The notes under the pieces: model-generated
Database searches by the model: none
Seen by the model: the letters and a program-made list of their open reading frames with translations, nothing else
Told to the model about the DNA's origin: nothing
Translations under genes and position numbers: made by a program
From: Diplonema japonicum
Lineage: Eukaryota; Protista; Euglenozoa: Diplonemea
Reading direction: 5' to 3'
Length of the DNA stretch: 64,000 bases
NCBI GenBank assembly: GCA_964019335.1
Contig: OZ025652.1
Span: 310,001-374,000 of the forward strand
Shown: positions 21,493 through 34,129 of the stretch, in pieces
How the letters are laid out: every line of letters begins with the position of its first letter
Numbering within the stretch: the stretch's first letter is position 1

Positions 21493-24400
21493 TTATGGTT
21501 CAGGGGAGACAGGTGCGCCATCTCTGACGGATACCTTAGGTTCTCCCTCGGACTTTACGAACATTTCGACTGGCTCATGGTGGTGCACCGAGGCCGAGTT
21601 CGGGTCGTTCCTTTCTTTTATCTTTTTAATGAGCAACTTAACGAGATAAAGCCAGTTCCCCACGTTACCTTGCGGTCCCAGGGGCGAGCTCATCAACGCA
21701 GGGAAGAACACCAGCGCCCAGAACAGACTGAACCCAATCGTCATGAACATCATGATACCGAACTTGTTGAAGAAGACAATAGTTGGGAAGAACAAGAAAA
21801 CAGAAGCACCAAGAGTGGACATCGCTCCAGAACAAATCGAGATCCCAACACGTGCAAGCATGTCGCGTACCCTGCCTTCACGTTCATTACATTCAGACTC
21901 GATGTACGCCTCAGCAAGATGGGCCACAAAGTCAACAGAGAGACCAGGGACCATCACAAGGCCAATACTTTCAAGGACACCAAGCTTCCAACCCAACATC
22001 ACAATCATCCCCATAGTGCAGATCACAATACACGCAATAACCACAGTGGAGAAGAATGCGACGATGATGTTGAAAGTCGCAATAGTTAGAACAACGAAGG
22101 CCAGCCCCACAGACAGGAAGATCCCGTTCATTGCTTCTTCGACAAGAACCTGTCTTACAAACGCGAACTCCAAGGACTCCTGGAAGGACGTGGCGTTGGT
22201 AGCCACCTCCAAGCACGGGGCAAGCGTGTACTGCTCCTTTAACCAGTCTTCCCACACACCCCACAGTGCTACTCCCTCATCCGCATCGATGCTGTTTTCC
22301 ACAGTCAGTTTCAACTCAGCAGTCACGAACCTCAAAACAGCCTCACCGCCCTTTACGTCCTCACCGTAGATGAACTCTTTGTACTCGGACAGAATCCTCG
22401 GGTTGTCCAGCCACTCCAGGAATATCGAGCTGTACAAGTCACGGTCCGCGTTTGGCCCTGTCATCGTGTTCCAGACGGCCGTCCCGTTTCTGTTCACCAC
22501 GTATTCCTTGAATTCCAATATGAAGCACTTGATGGGAAAGTCGATGGGGCCGCCGGTTTTCCTCTTGTCGGACTTCTGCTGTGCCTTGTCGCAGATCGAA
22601 TGGATGCATCGCGACGCCTTGGCAAGGCTGAAGTTCGGATCCCACACTGGGTTGCCGAAGTTATCCGTGTCGGTCGCCTTCGTCCCCGCCCTGTCGATGG
22701 GGTTCTTCGAGTCGAAGCCCCATGCGAAGGTGATCTCCACGGCCTCCACAGACCCACCCCTCGCGAAAAGATCCGGTTTCTTGTCACGGAAGGCTTGGTA
22801 GTTGTTGCTGCGGGGAAGCATCTGCGGGAGATCTGGATCGGGCTCGAGCTTCGCTGCTTGGATGCTGAACACTGTGATGATGACCATAAACATGATGATG
22901 AAGAACACCTTCCCGGTGATTAAGACACTGGCGTACGACTCCCTAAACCACTTGTTGATAGGTGCTTCGTTGGGTTCCTCGTAGACAAAGGTGTCGGTAC
23001 CCTCCACCTGCTTGAAGTCTGTCATTGAGACGGCCACCAGTTCGAAGCCCTTGTGCAGTTTGTCTGAGAGGAAACCAGGGATCCCGCAGCAGAACTTCCA
23101 CTTCGCAAAGCAGGTCTCATACATGAAGACCACCGTTGGGAAGTAGATCATCACCGCACAGTAGTTCACAAGGACGAGCATCGCAGCGAAGATCCCAAAG
23201 GTTTGGATTGCTGGGAACGACGAGTTCGCGTTCGACATGAAAGAAATAATGGTACTCAAGCTGGTGACAAGCATCGCCTTCCCTGCGTGCCTCCAGGTAT
23301 GCGACATCCTCTTCCCAAGACCTTTGAACTTGTGACCAGACTGCTCCCACGTGTCAAGGAACACAAAGATGTCATCAGCACCGATCCCAAGAATGATGAA
23401 GATGGACAACATGTTGAAGACACCGAAGAAGCGCTGCTGGAAGACACCGTAGTAAATAAAGTAAGCAGGGCCGAAGGAGAGGAGGATCTGACCAACGCCC
23501 ATGATGGAGAGCCACCAAGAGGAGGTCATGAAGGCGATGTAAATGAGGACGAAGATCATGCTCGCAATGGCGAACATGCCGTCCCTGATGAGGACGTCGT
23601 TGAGGTACAATTCAAACATGCCGTGCCCGTTGTACAGGTAGGTCACATCGCCGTCGATCTGCCCATCGCCAAGCCAGCTGTGGTAGTCATCATACAACCA
23701 CTGTGCAAGGTCGTCGCTCTGGCCATCGGGGTTGTCGTTGACGTTCTTGTACCCCTTCAGAGGGGCACCGAAGGTGAACTCCGTCCGAACCGCCTTTGCG
23801 ATCTGGTTCCCCGGCCCGAACTGTGAGTCGACAAGCTTCAAAAAGTTCCAACTGTTCAACCCAACAGGAGTGCTCCTGTCAGGGATGGAGTTCGCATAGG
23901 TGTGGACCTTCGAAATTTTGAAGTTCTCCTCAAGAACGAACTCTTCAGGGGTACAAGTTGTCGACTTGTTACAGTTCATGAGACCGATGGGGGTGGACGC
24001 TAGCGTAGAACAAGGGGCTCCAAGGGAAGGGTCACAAGCCCACAGGATGGTATGGTGCACGTGGCAGGGATGCTTGCGGGCATTGACAGCAGCAGTGGCT
24101 GCTTCATTGTTAGCCTTCTCGATGGCGATGTCGGCGTCGCTGTAGGTGATGAAGCAGCGTTCGTCGAAACCGGTAAAGGCCATCACACGCTTTTCGAACT
24201 CGACCATCTTCTGAAGGATCTTGGTCTCAAGCACGTCACCATACTTCGGGAGGTAGATGATCTCAAGGGTGAGGTCCTCACGCTCACCGCCAAGTGTGTC
24301 GACAGACTGACGAAGCTGAAGATCAGCAAGGTTGAGCGTGTAATCCGCCTGTTCTTTTCCTTCCGTTAGAGCATCTTTCCTGATTCGTGTCACATGGCCT

Positions 24401-24720
24401 CGCAGATACAACGGGACCTCTGAAGAAAACGGGAAGAACGAAGATCCCACAGTCAATATCAAAATAAGCAACAGGAGGATGATGCTGCAGTACGACCCAC
24501 AAGTAACCGCGTATGCTTTTTTAGGTCTCTTTGAAACCCAGTTCCAAAGATGGTCCAGCCTGCCGTCCAGCTCTTCTTCTTCAGTTGTTTCTTTTGCAGA
24601 TAGATCCTCGGAATCATCTTTCTCTTTCTCATGATCACTTGTTACTTCGATTGGTACTTCACCGGTTGCCTCCTTTTCGTCCGGCTTATAGCTCTCACCT
24701 GAATTCAGGTCAAGGGTCAT
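21493..24720 (-). CDS. Patched/Dispatched-family 12-TM sterol-sensing (RND) transporter, copy 1 (most divergent)
   Basis: IILGIGADDIFVF (GxxxDD) and GLSVDFVAH motifs, two large extracellular loops. Likely start is ATG 24720 (MTLDLNS); the upstream ORF extension is low-complexity intergenic DNA. Confidence 0.9.
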   Translation of the reverse strand: MTLDLNSGESYKPDEKEATGEVPIEVTSDHEKEKDDSEDLSAKETTEEEELDGRLDHLWNWVSKRPKKAYAVTCGSYCSIILLLLILILTVGSSFFPFSSEVPLYLRGHVTRIRKDALTEGKEQADYTLNLADLQLRQSVDTLGGEREDLTLEIIYLPKYGDVLETKILQKMVEFEKRVMAFTGFDERCFITYSDADIAIEKANNEAATAAVNARKHPCHVHHTILWACDPSLGAPCSTLASTPIGLMNCNKSTTCTPEEFVLEENFKISKVHTYANSIPDRSTPVGLNSWNFLKLVDSQFGPGNQIAKAVRTEFTFGAPLKGYKNVNDNPDGQSDDLAQWLYDDYHSWLGDGQIDGDVTYLYNGHGMFELYLNDVLIRDGMFAIASMIFVLIYIAFMTSSWWLSIMGVGQILLSFGPAYFIYYGVFQQRFFGVFNMLSIFIILGIGADDIFVFLDTWEQSGHKFKGLGKRMSHTWRHAGKAMLVTSLSTIISFMSNANSSFPAIQTFGIFAAMLVLVNYCAVMIYFPTVVFMYETCFAKWKFCCGIPGFLSDKLHKGFELVAVSMTDFKQVEGTDTFVYEEPNEAPINKWFRESYASVLITGKVFFIIMFMVIITVFSIQAAKLEPDPDLPQMLPRSNNYQAFRDKKPDLFARGGSVEAVEITFAWGFDSKNPIDRAGTKATDTDNFGNPVWDPNFSLAKASRCIHSICDKAQQKSDKRKTGGPIDFPIKCFILEFKEYVVNRNGTAVWNTMTGPNADRDLYSSIFLEWLDNPRILSEYKEFIYGEDVKGGEAVLRFVTAELKLTVENSIDADEGVALWGVWEDWLKEQYTLAPCLEVATNATSFQESLEFAFVRQVLVEEAMNGIFLSVGLAFVVLTIATFNIIVAFFSTVVIACIVICTMGMIVMLGWKLGVLESIGLVMVPGLSVDFVAHLAEAYIESECNEREGRVRDMLARVGISICSGAMSTLGASVFLFFPTIVFFNKFGIMMFMTIGFSLFWALVFFPALMSSPLGPQGNVGNWLYLVKLLIKKIKERNDPNSASVHHHEPVEMFVKSEGEPKVSVRDGAPVSPEP

Positions 24721-26059
24721 GATGGCTCCTTTGAATTCGATTTTCTTTTCCCTTTGACTTTGAGACGGGAAAAAAGGGGGGGGGGGTTGAGGTAAAGAAA
24801 GTGGAAGCATCGAAAAGAGAGAGAGAGAGGGCGGGGAAAAGACGAAACCTGCACATATACCACCGTAGCAAGGGAGGGAAATATAAACGTGCTCTTTTTT
24901 TTCTTCTCCCCCCCCCCCCACCCCATCTTCTCTTGCCCTTTCGAAGACGACTGTGCGGATCTCTTTCATTGTTTTTCACAAACAGCAAGGTTGTTCAAAA
25001 AAGAATAAAAAGAAGGGCACAGCTTCCTGTCCGCATAGGGGAGGGGGGAAAAAAAGTGTTTCTAAAAGAAATTCAAAAAAAAAAAGAAGAAGAGAGCCCC
25101 AGAGTTAGCTTCGCGCGCCAATTCAAATAAAATAAAAGAATGTGGGGAGGGTTTTTCTTTCCCCCTTTTTTTTTTCCTTCCCTTCTCGTTTCTTTAAATT
25201 TGCACACCCTTGACCCATCTTTGCCATATATCGATACATCGCTGTGGGGCAAAAAAAGGAACAGTTTTTAATTCTTATTATCCCCCCATTTTTCCCTTTA
25301 ATAAAAAAAGAAAGTGTGAGTGGGGGGAATTATCGTAAGTGTATAAAAAAAATAAAAAATAAAAAAGGACGAAAAAGAAATCACGTTCACAAAATTATTT
25401 CAACCCAAGCGTAAAGCACAACAACAGGGACAGGGGCACGTTCCCAGCATATATATATATATCAAATGTTCGGCCTCATAGTTAGCTAAACCATCTGAAT
25501 AGTGGCCGGCAACAACAATAGCAAAAAAAGTCTGTTTCTGTCGCTCTGCTGGGTTGAAGAATCTCATTCAGTTATTACTTTTTCTCTTAAAGGCAAGAAA
25601 GCATCGAGTAGATAGAGGGGGGGGGGGAGAAAGGGAGAAAAATAAAAGGGGGGGAAGCGAAATGGTTAGTGCATCAAGGAGGTTATGAACCGCTATAGTG
25701 GAAGAATCAATAATAAAAAAAAGGGGGGACGGGAAAAAAAAAGTTTTTTTTCCCCTAATGTACAGAGAAAATAGAATCTTATAAATGAACAAAAAAGAAA
25801 GGAGGATCAAACTCCTTTTTTTTTTAAAGCTGTCTTCTGCATCATTCCCCCCCACCGAAATAAAACGGAAAAAAAAAAAAAAGAAAGGGCGGAAGAAGAA
25901 AAAAAAACATAAGATTATCCTTAAAGGATCAGGCCTTAAGATCCAAGACAAAATAAGTTGCGCATCATAGCCATATTTTGAAGTGCGTGGGTCTTGTTCA
26001 AAATAGATTCTGTTTCCTTTTTTTCCCCTTCTCTTTCCACAAAAGAATAACTACACACC

Positions 26060-29000
26060 TCATATCTCTCCCGCTGGAGGTAGCTCGTGAGTGTTGCGCG
26101 CCTTGAACTTGTAGTACAGTTTCTTGGCCACGTACAACCAGTTCCCCATGTTCCCCTCCGGTCCAAGAGGGGTGGACATCAACGCAGGGAAGAAGAGCAG
26201 CGCCCAGAACAGACTGAACCCAATCGTCATGAAGATCATGATACCGAACTTGTTGAAGAAGATGATAACAGGGAAGAAGAGGAACATTGAAGCCCCAAGA
26301 GTGGAAATGGCCCCCGACACAACAGAGATCCCAACACGTGCAAGCATGTCGCGTACCCTGCCTTCACGGTCGTGAGATTCAGACTCGATGTACGCCTCAG
26401 CAAGATGGGCCACAAAGTCAACAGAGAGACCAGGGACCATCACAAGACCTACACTTTCAAGAATGCCAAGCTTCCAACCCAAAACAACTGTCATTCCCAT
26501 GGTGCAGACCACAACACAAGAAATGACCAACACAGCAAAGAATGCCACCAGGATGTTTGTCGTCGCAAGTGTCAAGACGACAAAGGCCAACCCCACAGAG
26601 AGGTAAATCCCACTCAGTGCTTCTTCAACAAGTTTTGCTCTGACATAGATGAAGTCCAAAGAGGACTGGAAGCCTCCTGCCTGGGCTGCAACACTTTTGC
26701 ACGGTTCAGAGTTGTACTGGTCGTTGAACCAGTCCTCCCATGTGTTCCACAGGGCCTTCCCGTCGTCGGGATCGATGTTCGAGGATTCAACAGTCAGCTT
26801 CAGTTCAGTTGAGATGAACCTCAGCGTTATCTGCCCATCAACTAACTCTGCATGGATGTAAGGCTTCCACATGGACATCACCTTCGGGGTGTTCAGCCAC
26901 CCTGCGAGTAGCTCGTAAAACGTATTCTTATCCGCGCCCAGCCCAGTGATCTTGTTCCAGAGTGCCGTGTCGTTCGCGTCCACATGCTTCTTGAAGTCGA
27001 TTAAAAAGCAGTCGATTGGGAAGTCTGGGTAGCCACCTGTCTTCCTCTCGTCAGACTTCTCTTGAGCCTTCTCACAGATCGACAGCATGCACCGCGCAGC
27101 AATTGGAAGGTCGAAGTTCGGGTCCCACACTGGCTTCCCTGGGTCGTCCACATCTGTTGCCAGGGTTCCAGACCTGTCGATGGGGTTCTCCTTGTCGATG
27201 CCCCATGCGAAGATCATCTTAACAGCATTCACAGACCCACCACGTGCGAAGTGCTTCGGGTTCTCATCGAGGAACTTCTGATAGTTGTTCGATGAAGGCA
27301 TGAACTGGGCGTTCTTCGGGTCTGCTTCCACTTTCGATGCTTGGATCCCAAACACAACTATCACAACAATGAATATTAAGATGATCCCTATCTTCGCACC
27401 AATGATGCCTGATGAATACGACTCCCTGAACCACTGGCTCACAGCTGGCTCCGATCTCACTTCTTCTTCAAACTGCTCTCGTCCCTCTTCATCCATTACA
27501 ATCTTGACATTTTTGAAAGTTACAGGCCTCAGCTCCTGCTTCACAAGAGTTGCAAACTTTGAAGGCCACCCACAGCAGAACTTCCACTCCTCGAAGAAGG
27601 TTGCGAACATGAAGACCACCGTTGGGTAAAACACCATCACCGCACAGTAGTTCACAAGGACCAGCATCGCAGCGAAGATCCCAAAGGTCTGGATTGCTGG
27701 GAACGACGAGTTCGCGTTCGACATGAAAGAAATCATAGTACTCAAGCTGGTGACAAGCATCGCCTTCCCTGCGTGCTTCCAGGTGTACGACATCCTCTTC
27801 CCAAGGCTTTTGAACTTGTGACCAGACTGCTCCCACGTGTCAAGGAACACAAAGATGTCATCAGCACCGATCCCAAGAATGATGAAGATGGACAACATGT
27901 TGAAGACACCGAAGTACCTCTGTTGAAAGATCCCAAAGTACAGGAAGTAGGCCACAGGGAAACACATCAGGATCTGACCCATGCCCATCACAGCAAGCCA
28001 CCAAGAGGAAGTCATGAAGGCGATGTAGACAAGAACGAATACCATGCTTGCAATGGCGAACATTCCATCAGTGACCATGACCTCCTGGATGTAGAGTCCG
28101 AGCATGCCGTGCCCGTTGTAGATATACGACACACCACCCCCGCTGATCTGCCCGTCGCCAAGCCAAGTGTGGTACTCATCATACAACCACTGTGCAAGGT
28201 CTTCACTCTGCCCATCGGGGTCATCGTTCACTGTCTTGTACCCCTTCAGAGGGGCCCCGAAGGTGAACTCCGTCTTCACAGCCTTTGCAATCTGGTTCCC
28301 TGCCCCGAACTGTGAGTCGACAAGCTTCAGGAAGTTGTTGCTGTTCAGCCCCTCAACGGTGTTCCTGTCAGGGATGGAGTTCGCATAGGTGTGGGCTTTC
28401 TGAACCTTGAAGTTCTCCTCGAGGATGAACTCGTCTGGGGTGCAGGTTGTCGACTTGTTGCAGTTCATGAGACCGATGGGGGTGGACGCCAGCTTGGAGC
28501 AAGGGGTTCCAAGGGAAGGGTCACAAGCCCACACAATGGTGTGGTGCACAGCACAGTTGTGGGACTGCGAGTTGATCTTCGTGATCATGTCGACATTGTT
28601 GCTCTGCTCAAATGCGACTTCAGTGCTGTTGTAGTCGATGAGGCAGTGGGCTGCGAACTCATTGCGGGCCATCACACGCTGCTCAAACTCGAACATCTTC
28701 TGAAGGATCTTGGTCTCAAGCACGTCACCGAACTCGGGGAAGTAGATGATCTCAAGGGTGAGGTCCTCACGCTCACCACCAAGTGTGTCGACAGACTGAC
28801 GAAGTTCGACATCAGGCGCATTGAAAGTGTAGTCAGCAATGTCTTTCCCCTCAGTGATGGCGTCCGAACGTTGTTTGGTGACGTGCCCCCGGAGGTAGAG
28901 GGGTACCTCCGCAGAGAAGGGGAAGAAGGAGGAACCAGCCACCATAAGTATGACGATGAAGAGGAAGAAGAAACCGCAGAAGGACCCACAGGTGATGCAG

Positions 29001-29275
29001 TAGGCCTTTTTGGGTTGGTGCGATATGGCATCCCACGCAAAATCGATCCTTCCTTCCAGCTTGTCGTCCAGCATGCCCTGGTTCATGTTGTTGGGGCTTT
29101 GGTGACTGCTCAGAGCAGGACTGACTGCTGGAGTCATTTCCACGGTAATTTGACTGGGTGCTGTGTAACGCAGGCCTTTCATGGCAGGCTCCACATCCCC
29201 CGCGGCTCCATTTACCCCAAGCATCAGACCTCGGCCTAAGGGGTTAGAGTTGCTTCTTACGTTTTCGAGAGACAG
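26060..29275 (-). CDS. Patched/Dispatched-family transporter, copy 2
   Basis: Same motifs. First ATG is 29224; conserved in-frame extension from CTG 29275. Confidence 0.9.
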   Translation of the reverse strand: MSLENVRSNSNPLGRGLMLGVNGAAGDVEPAMKGLRYTAPSQITVEMTPAVSPALSSHQSPNNMNQGMLDDKLEGRIDFAWDAISHQPKKAYCITCGSFCGFFFLFIVILMVAGSSFFPFSAEVPLYLRGHVTKQRSDAITEGKDIADYTFNAPDVELRQSVDTLGGEREDLTLEIIYFPEFGDVLETKILQKMFEFEQRVMARNEFAAHCLIDYNSTEVAFEQSNNVDMITKINSQSHNCAVHHTIVWACDPSLGTPCSKLASTPIGLMNCNKSTTCTPDEFILEENFKVQKAHTYANSIPDRNTVEGLNSNNFLKLVDSQFGAGNQIAKAVKTEFTFGAPLKGYKTVNDDPDGQSEDLAQWLYDEYHTWLGDGQISGGGVSYIYNGHGMLGLYIQEVMVTDGMFAIASMVFVLVYIAFMTSSWWLAVMGMGQILMCFPVAYFLYFGIFQQRYFGVFNMLSIFIILGIGADDIFVFLDTWEQSGHKFKSLGKRMSYTWKHAGKAMLVTSLSTMISFMSNANSSFPAIQTFGIFAAMLVLVNYCAVMVFYPTVVFMFATFFEEWKFCCGWPSKFATLVKQELRPVTFKNVKIVMDEEGREQFEEEVRSEPAVSQWFRESYSSGIIGAKIGIILIFIVVIVVFGIQASKVEADPKNAQFMPSSNNYQKFLDENPKHFARGGSVNAVKMIFAWGIDKENPIDRSGTLATDVDDPGKPVWDPNFDLPIAARCMLSICEKAQEKSDERKTGGYPDFPIDCFLIDFKKHVDANDTALWNKITGLGADKNTFYELLAGWLNTPKVMSMWKPYIHAELVDGQITLRFISTELKLTVESSNIDPDDGKALWNTWEDWFNDQYNSEPCKSVAAQAGGFQSSLDFIYVRAKLVEEALSGIYLSVGLAFVVLTLATTNILVAFFAVLVISCVVVCTMGMTVVLGWKLGILESVGLVMVPGLSVDFVAHLAEAYIESESHDREGRVRDMLARVGISVVSGAISTLGASMFLFFPVIIFFNKFGIMIFMTIGFSLFWALLFFPALMSTPLGPEGNMGNWLYVAKKLYYKFKARNTHELPPAGEI

Positions 29276-30262
29276 CCTGATGGATAATATCCTGGTTATG
29301 CGTTTGTGAAAAGCATTGCTGCATCAAAGAAAATCAAAAACCTACAATCAAGAAAGAGCCGGCTGTATAGTTGTGCAAGTGGCTATGTAACCACTACTAC
29401 TCTTTTTTGGCTTGAACATGTGGGGGGAAGGGGGGTTGGGAAGAGAAAGGGAAGCAATCACTCAAGAAATACGTATGGCTATTCTAAACGAGAAAAAAAA
29501 AAATCTTTTTAATAAAAGGGAAGAGGAAAAGAGCCAGGTAAAAAGAGGAGGACAGCGGCAGGAGAGAGGGTTTCGTAGCAATATAACACCTCCTTCACTG
29601 GGTAATTTAAAAGCGTATTGAGCGACATATGTGAACGTGCTGCGAGAGCAACCTCTGAAGGGAAAGAGGAGCCTGCTGCAAGCTGAACGATGTAATTCTT
29701 ATTTTCCTTTAAGGTGCCCTCCCATCAATGGAGATCGCAGGGAGGGCATTAAAAAAGTGATCAATATTCTTCACCCCCCGCTTAAAAGGAAGTGAAGACA
29801 AACAGGGGAGAGAAAAATAAATATTATCGTAAATATTATGATGTTTAGACTACTTATTCTTCACCTCCGAAGAAACCCATTTCTTATTAGTAAAGTAACA
29901 AAGATAGAGGTCGAAAAATAACTTGTGGGCTGATATTATTTTTCTCTTTGGAGGAAACAAGAATGAAAAACAACAAAGGCTTCCATTCAAGAGGTAAGAA
30001 AAAAAATACGGTAGGTAGAGGAAATGAAACAAAAGAATAGAATAGCATGTAAAGATGGAAAAGGAGTAGCAAGGAGGAAGTATTGGTTCTGAAATGAAAC
30101 AAAATAGAGGGGGGGGGGGGGGGGGGGGTTTCCGCCAAGAAGCTTAAGAATGTACCCTTTTCCCTTGGGCAACAGATGCTCAGATATCTTTATTTTCAAC
30201 CACGGTGTCTTGATTACATCTAAGCTTATGGTCTTCTTATCATGCAATAGCAATCCCACATC

Positions 30263-33200
30263 TCACATCTCTCCCGCTGGAGGTAGCTCTTGCGTGTTGC
30301 GCGCCTTGAACTTGTAGTACAGTAGTTTTGCATAGTACAACCAGTTCCCCACGTTACCTTGCGGTCCAAGAGGGGTGGACATCAACGCAGGGAAGAAGAG
30401 CAGCGCCCAGAACAGACTGAATCCAATCGTCAAGATCATGATACCGAACTTGTTGAAGAAGATGATAGTTGGGAAGAAGAGGAACATTGAAGCCCCAAGA
30501 GTGGAAATGGCCCCCGACACAACAGAGATCCCAACACGTGCAAGCATGTCGCGTACCCTGCCTTCACGGTCGTGAGATTCAGACTCGATGTACGCCTCAG
30601 CAAGATGGGCCACAAAGTCAACAGAGAGACCAGGGACCATCACAAGACCTACACTTTCAAGAATGCCAAGCTTCCAACCCAAAACAACTGTCATTCCCAT
30701 GGTGCAGACCACAACACAAGAAATGACCAACACAGCAAAGAATGCCACCAGGATGTTTGTCGTCGCAAGTGTCAAGACGACAAAGGCCAACCCCACAGAG
30801 AGGTAAATCCCACTCAGTGCTTCTTCAACAAGTTTTGCTCTGACATAGATGAAGTCCAAAGAGGACTGGAAGCCTCCTGCCTGGGCTGCAACACTTTTGC
30901 ACGGTTCAGAGTTGTACTGGTCGTTGAACCAGTCCTCCCATGTGTTCCACAGGGCCTTCCCGTCGTCGGGATCGATGTTCGAGGATTCAACAGTCAGCTT
31001 CAGTTCAGTTGAGATGAACCTCAGCGTTATCTGCCCATCAACTAACTCTGCATGGATGTAAGGCTTCCACATGGACATCACCTTCGGGGTGTTCAGCCAC
31101 CCTGCGAGTAGCTCGTAAAACGTATTCTTATCCGCGCCCAGCCCAGTGATCTTGTTCCAGAGTGCCGTGTCGTTCGCGTCCACATGCTTCTTGAAGTCGA
31201 TTAAAAAGCAGTCGATTGGGAAGTCTGGGTAGCCACCTGTCTTCCTCTCGTCAGACTTCTCTTGAGCCTTCTCACAGATCGACAGCATGCACCGCGCAGC
31301 AATTGGAAGGTCGAAGTTCGGGTCCCACACTGGCTTCCCTGGGTCGTCCACATCTGTTGCCAGGGTTCCAGACCTGTCGATGGGGTTCTCCTTGTCGATG
31401 CCCCATGCGAAGATCATCTTAACAGCATTCACAGACCCACCACGTGCGAAGTGCTTCGGGTTCTCATCGAGGAACTTCTGATAGTTGTTCGATGAAGGCA
31501 TGAACTGGGCGTTCTTCGGGTCTGCTTCCACTTTCGATGCTTGGATCCCAAACACAACTATCACAACAATGAATATTAAGATGATCCCTATCTTCGCACC
31601 AATGATGCCTGATGAATACGACTCCCTGAACCACTGGCTCACAGCTGGCTCCGATCTCACTTCTTCTTCAAACTGCTCTCGTCCCTCTTCATCCATTACA
31701 ATCTTGACATTTTTGAAAGTTACAGGCCTCAGCTCCTGCTTCACAAGAGTTGCAAACTTTGAAGGCCACCCACAGCAGAACTTCCACTCCTCGAAGAAGG
31801 TTGCGAACATGAAGACCACCGTTGGGTAAAACACCATCACCGCACAGTAGTTCACAAGGACCAGCATCGCAGCGAAGATCCCAAAGGTCTGGATTGCTGG
31901 GAACGACGAGTTCGCGTTCGACATGAAAGAAATCATAGTACTCAAGCTGGTGACAAGCATCGCCTTCCCTGCGTGCTTCCAGGTGTACGACATCCTCTTC
32001 CCAAGGCTTTTGAACTTGTGACCAGACTGCTCCCACGTGTCAAGGAACACAAAGATGTCATCAGCACCGATCCCAAGAATGATGAAGATGGACAACATGT
32101 TGAAGACACCGAAGTACCTCTGTTGAAAGATCCCAAAGTACAGGAAGTAGGCCACAGGGAAACACATCAGGATCTGACCCATGCCCATCACAGCAAGCCA
32201 CCAAGAGGAAGTCATGAAGGCGATGTAGACAAGAACGAATACCATGCTTGCAATGGCGAACATTCCATCAGTGACCATGACCTCCTGGATGTAGAGTCCG
32301 AGCATGCCGTGCCCGTTGTAGATATACGACACACCACCCCCGCTGATCTGCCCGTCGCCAAGCCAAGTGTGGTACTCATCATACAACCACTGTGCAAGGT
32401 CTTCACTCTGCCCATCGGGGTCATCGTTCACTGTCTTGTACCCCTTCAGAGGGGCCCCGAAGGTGAACTCCGTCTTCACAGCCTTTGCAATCTGGTTCCC
32501 TGCCCCGAACTGTGAGTCGACAAGCTTCAGGAAGTTGTTGCTGTTCAGCCCCTCAACGGTGTTCCTGTCAGGGATGGAGTTCGCATAGGTGTGGGCTTTC
32601 TGAACCTTGAAGTTCTCCTCGAGGATGAACTCGTCTGGGGTGCAGGTTGTCGACTTGTTGCAGTTCATGAGACCGATGGGGGTGGACGCCAGCTTGGAGC
32701 AAGGGGTTCCAAGGGAAGGGTCACAAGCCCACACAATGGTGTGGTGCACAGCACAGTTGTGGGACTGCGAGTTGATCTTCGTGATCATGTCGACATTGTT
32801 GCTCTGCTCAAATGCGACTTCAGTGCTGTTGTAGTCGATGAGGCAGTGGGCTGCGAACTCATTGCGGGCCATCACACGCTGCTCAAACTCGAACATCTTC
32901 TGAAGATCTTGGTCTCAAGCACGTCACCGAACTCGGGGAAGTAGATGATCTCAAGGGTGAGGTCCTCACGCTCACCACCAAGTGTGTCGACAGACTGACG
33001 AAGTTCGACATCAGGCGCATTGAAAGTGTAGTCAGCAATGTCTTTCCCCTCAGTGATGGCGTCCGAACGTTGTTTGGTGACGTGCCCCCGGAGGTAGAGG
33101 GGTACCTTCGAAGAGAAGGGGAAGAAGGAGGAGCCAGCTGCAAGCAGTATAATGATGAAGAGAAGGAAGAAACCGCAGAAGGACCCACAGGTGATGCAGT

Positions 33201-33468
33201 AGGCCTTTTTGGGTTGGCGCGATATGGCATCCCACGCAAAATCGATCTTTCCTTCCAGCTTCTCGTCCATCATGCTCTGGCTCGTGCTGTTGGAGCTCTG
33301 GTGACTGTTCACAGCTGGACTGAGAGCAGACATCATTTCCGCTGACATTGGGTTGCGTGCCTTGTAAGGTAGACCTTTGATGCCAGGTGCATCACCTGTG
33401 GTATCATGTACTCCGAGCATCAGAGGGCAGTCTAAAGGGCTGCTACAGTGTACGTTCCCGAGAGACAG
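30263..33468 (-). pseudogene. Patched/Dispatched-family transporter, copy 3, with 1-bp frameshift (pseudogene or sequencing error)
   Basis: TGAAGATCTT at 32901-32910 versus TGAAGGATCTT in all other copies splits it into ORFs 32872-33420 and 30263-32896. The core is otherwise near-identical to copy 2. Confidence 0.75.
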
Positions 33469-33834
33469 CCTGCCGGATTGTTAAGATCCTGATGTGATTG
33501 GTGAGAAGGGGCGTTGGCGTCAACAAAAAAAAAAAAAGGCGGGGTGCTGTATCCGAATAATAATTTCATTGTATACAGAAAATAAATTAGTTTGTACAGC
33601 ACGTACAAGTAAAAATTGAATAAATAAAATAAAAAGGAAGCAACAGGTCGATGTCGGGAAACAATTATAAAAAAAAAAAAAAGATTTCTTTTTTTTATTT
33701 TTGTCACCCCCCATGAATGTGTTGGCGATCAAGTTATTCGAATTGAAAAAAGCAAAAAAAACCTCAGAAGAGGGAAGCAAGAAAAAAAAAATCATTGTTT
33801 GTAGGAGACAGGGGTAATGCAAAACTAAATCAGG

Positions 33835-33836
<2 letters not shown>

Positions 33837-33905
<69 letters not shown>
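33837..33905. repeat. (GA)n microsatellite, ~34 units
   Basis: Read directly; forms a (TC)n pyrimidine tract on the coding strand upstream of copy 3. Confidence 0.95.
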
Positions 33906-33910
<5 letters not shown>

Positions 33911-34129
33911 CTAGGCATGTTATACCCGGTAGTTCCCTGCGTAAAAAGTTTTAAAAGCGTTGCCAGTCTCCAAATCTGCAAAGCCGCAGAGGGGAGGGTA
34001 AAGAAGGGTTGTACACTGGTAGAACCCGAGAAGAGAGCTATTTTTTTTTCTTTTTTTTTTTTTCAATGCGTTTCATAGTACTGACATTGGGAAACATATT
34101 TCAGATATTCCCTTCTAGTAATGGTCTGT

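Noticed and set aside
24721-24969. N-terminal 83 codons of the 1158-aa ORF
   Set aside because: Low-complexity pyrimidine/G-run intergenic sequence; ATG 24720 gives a length matching the paralogs.
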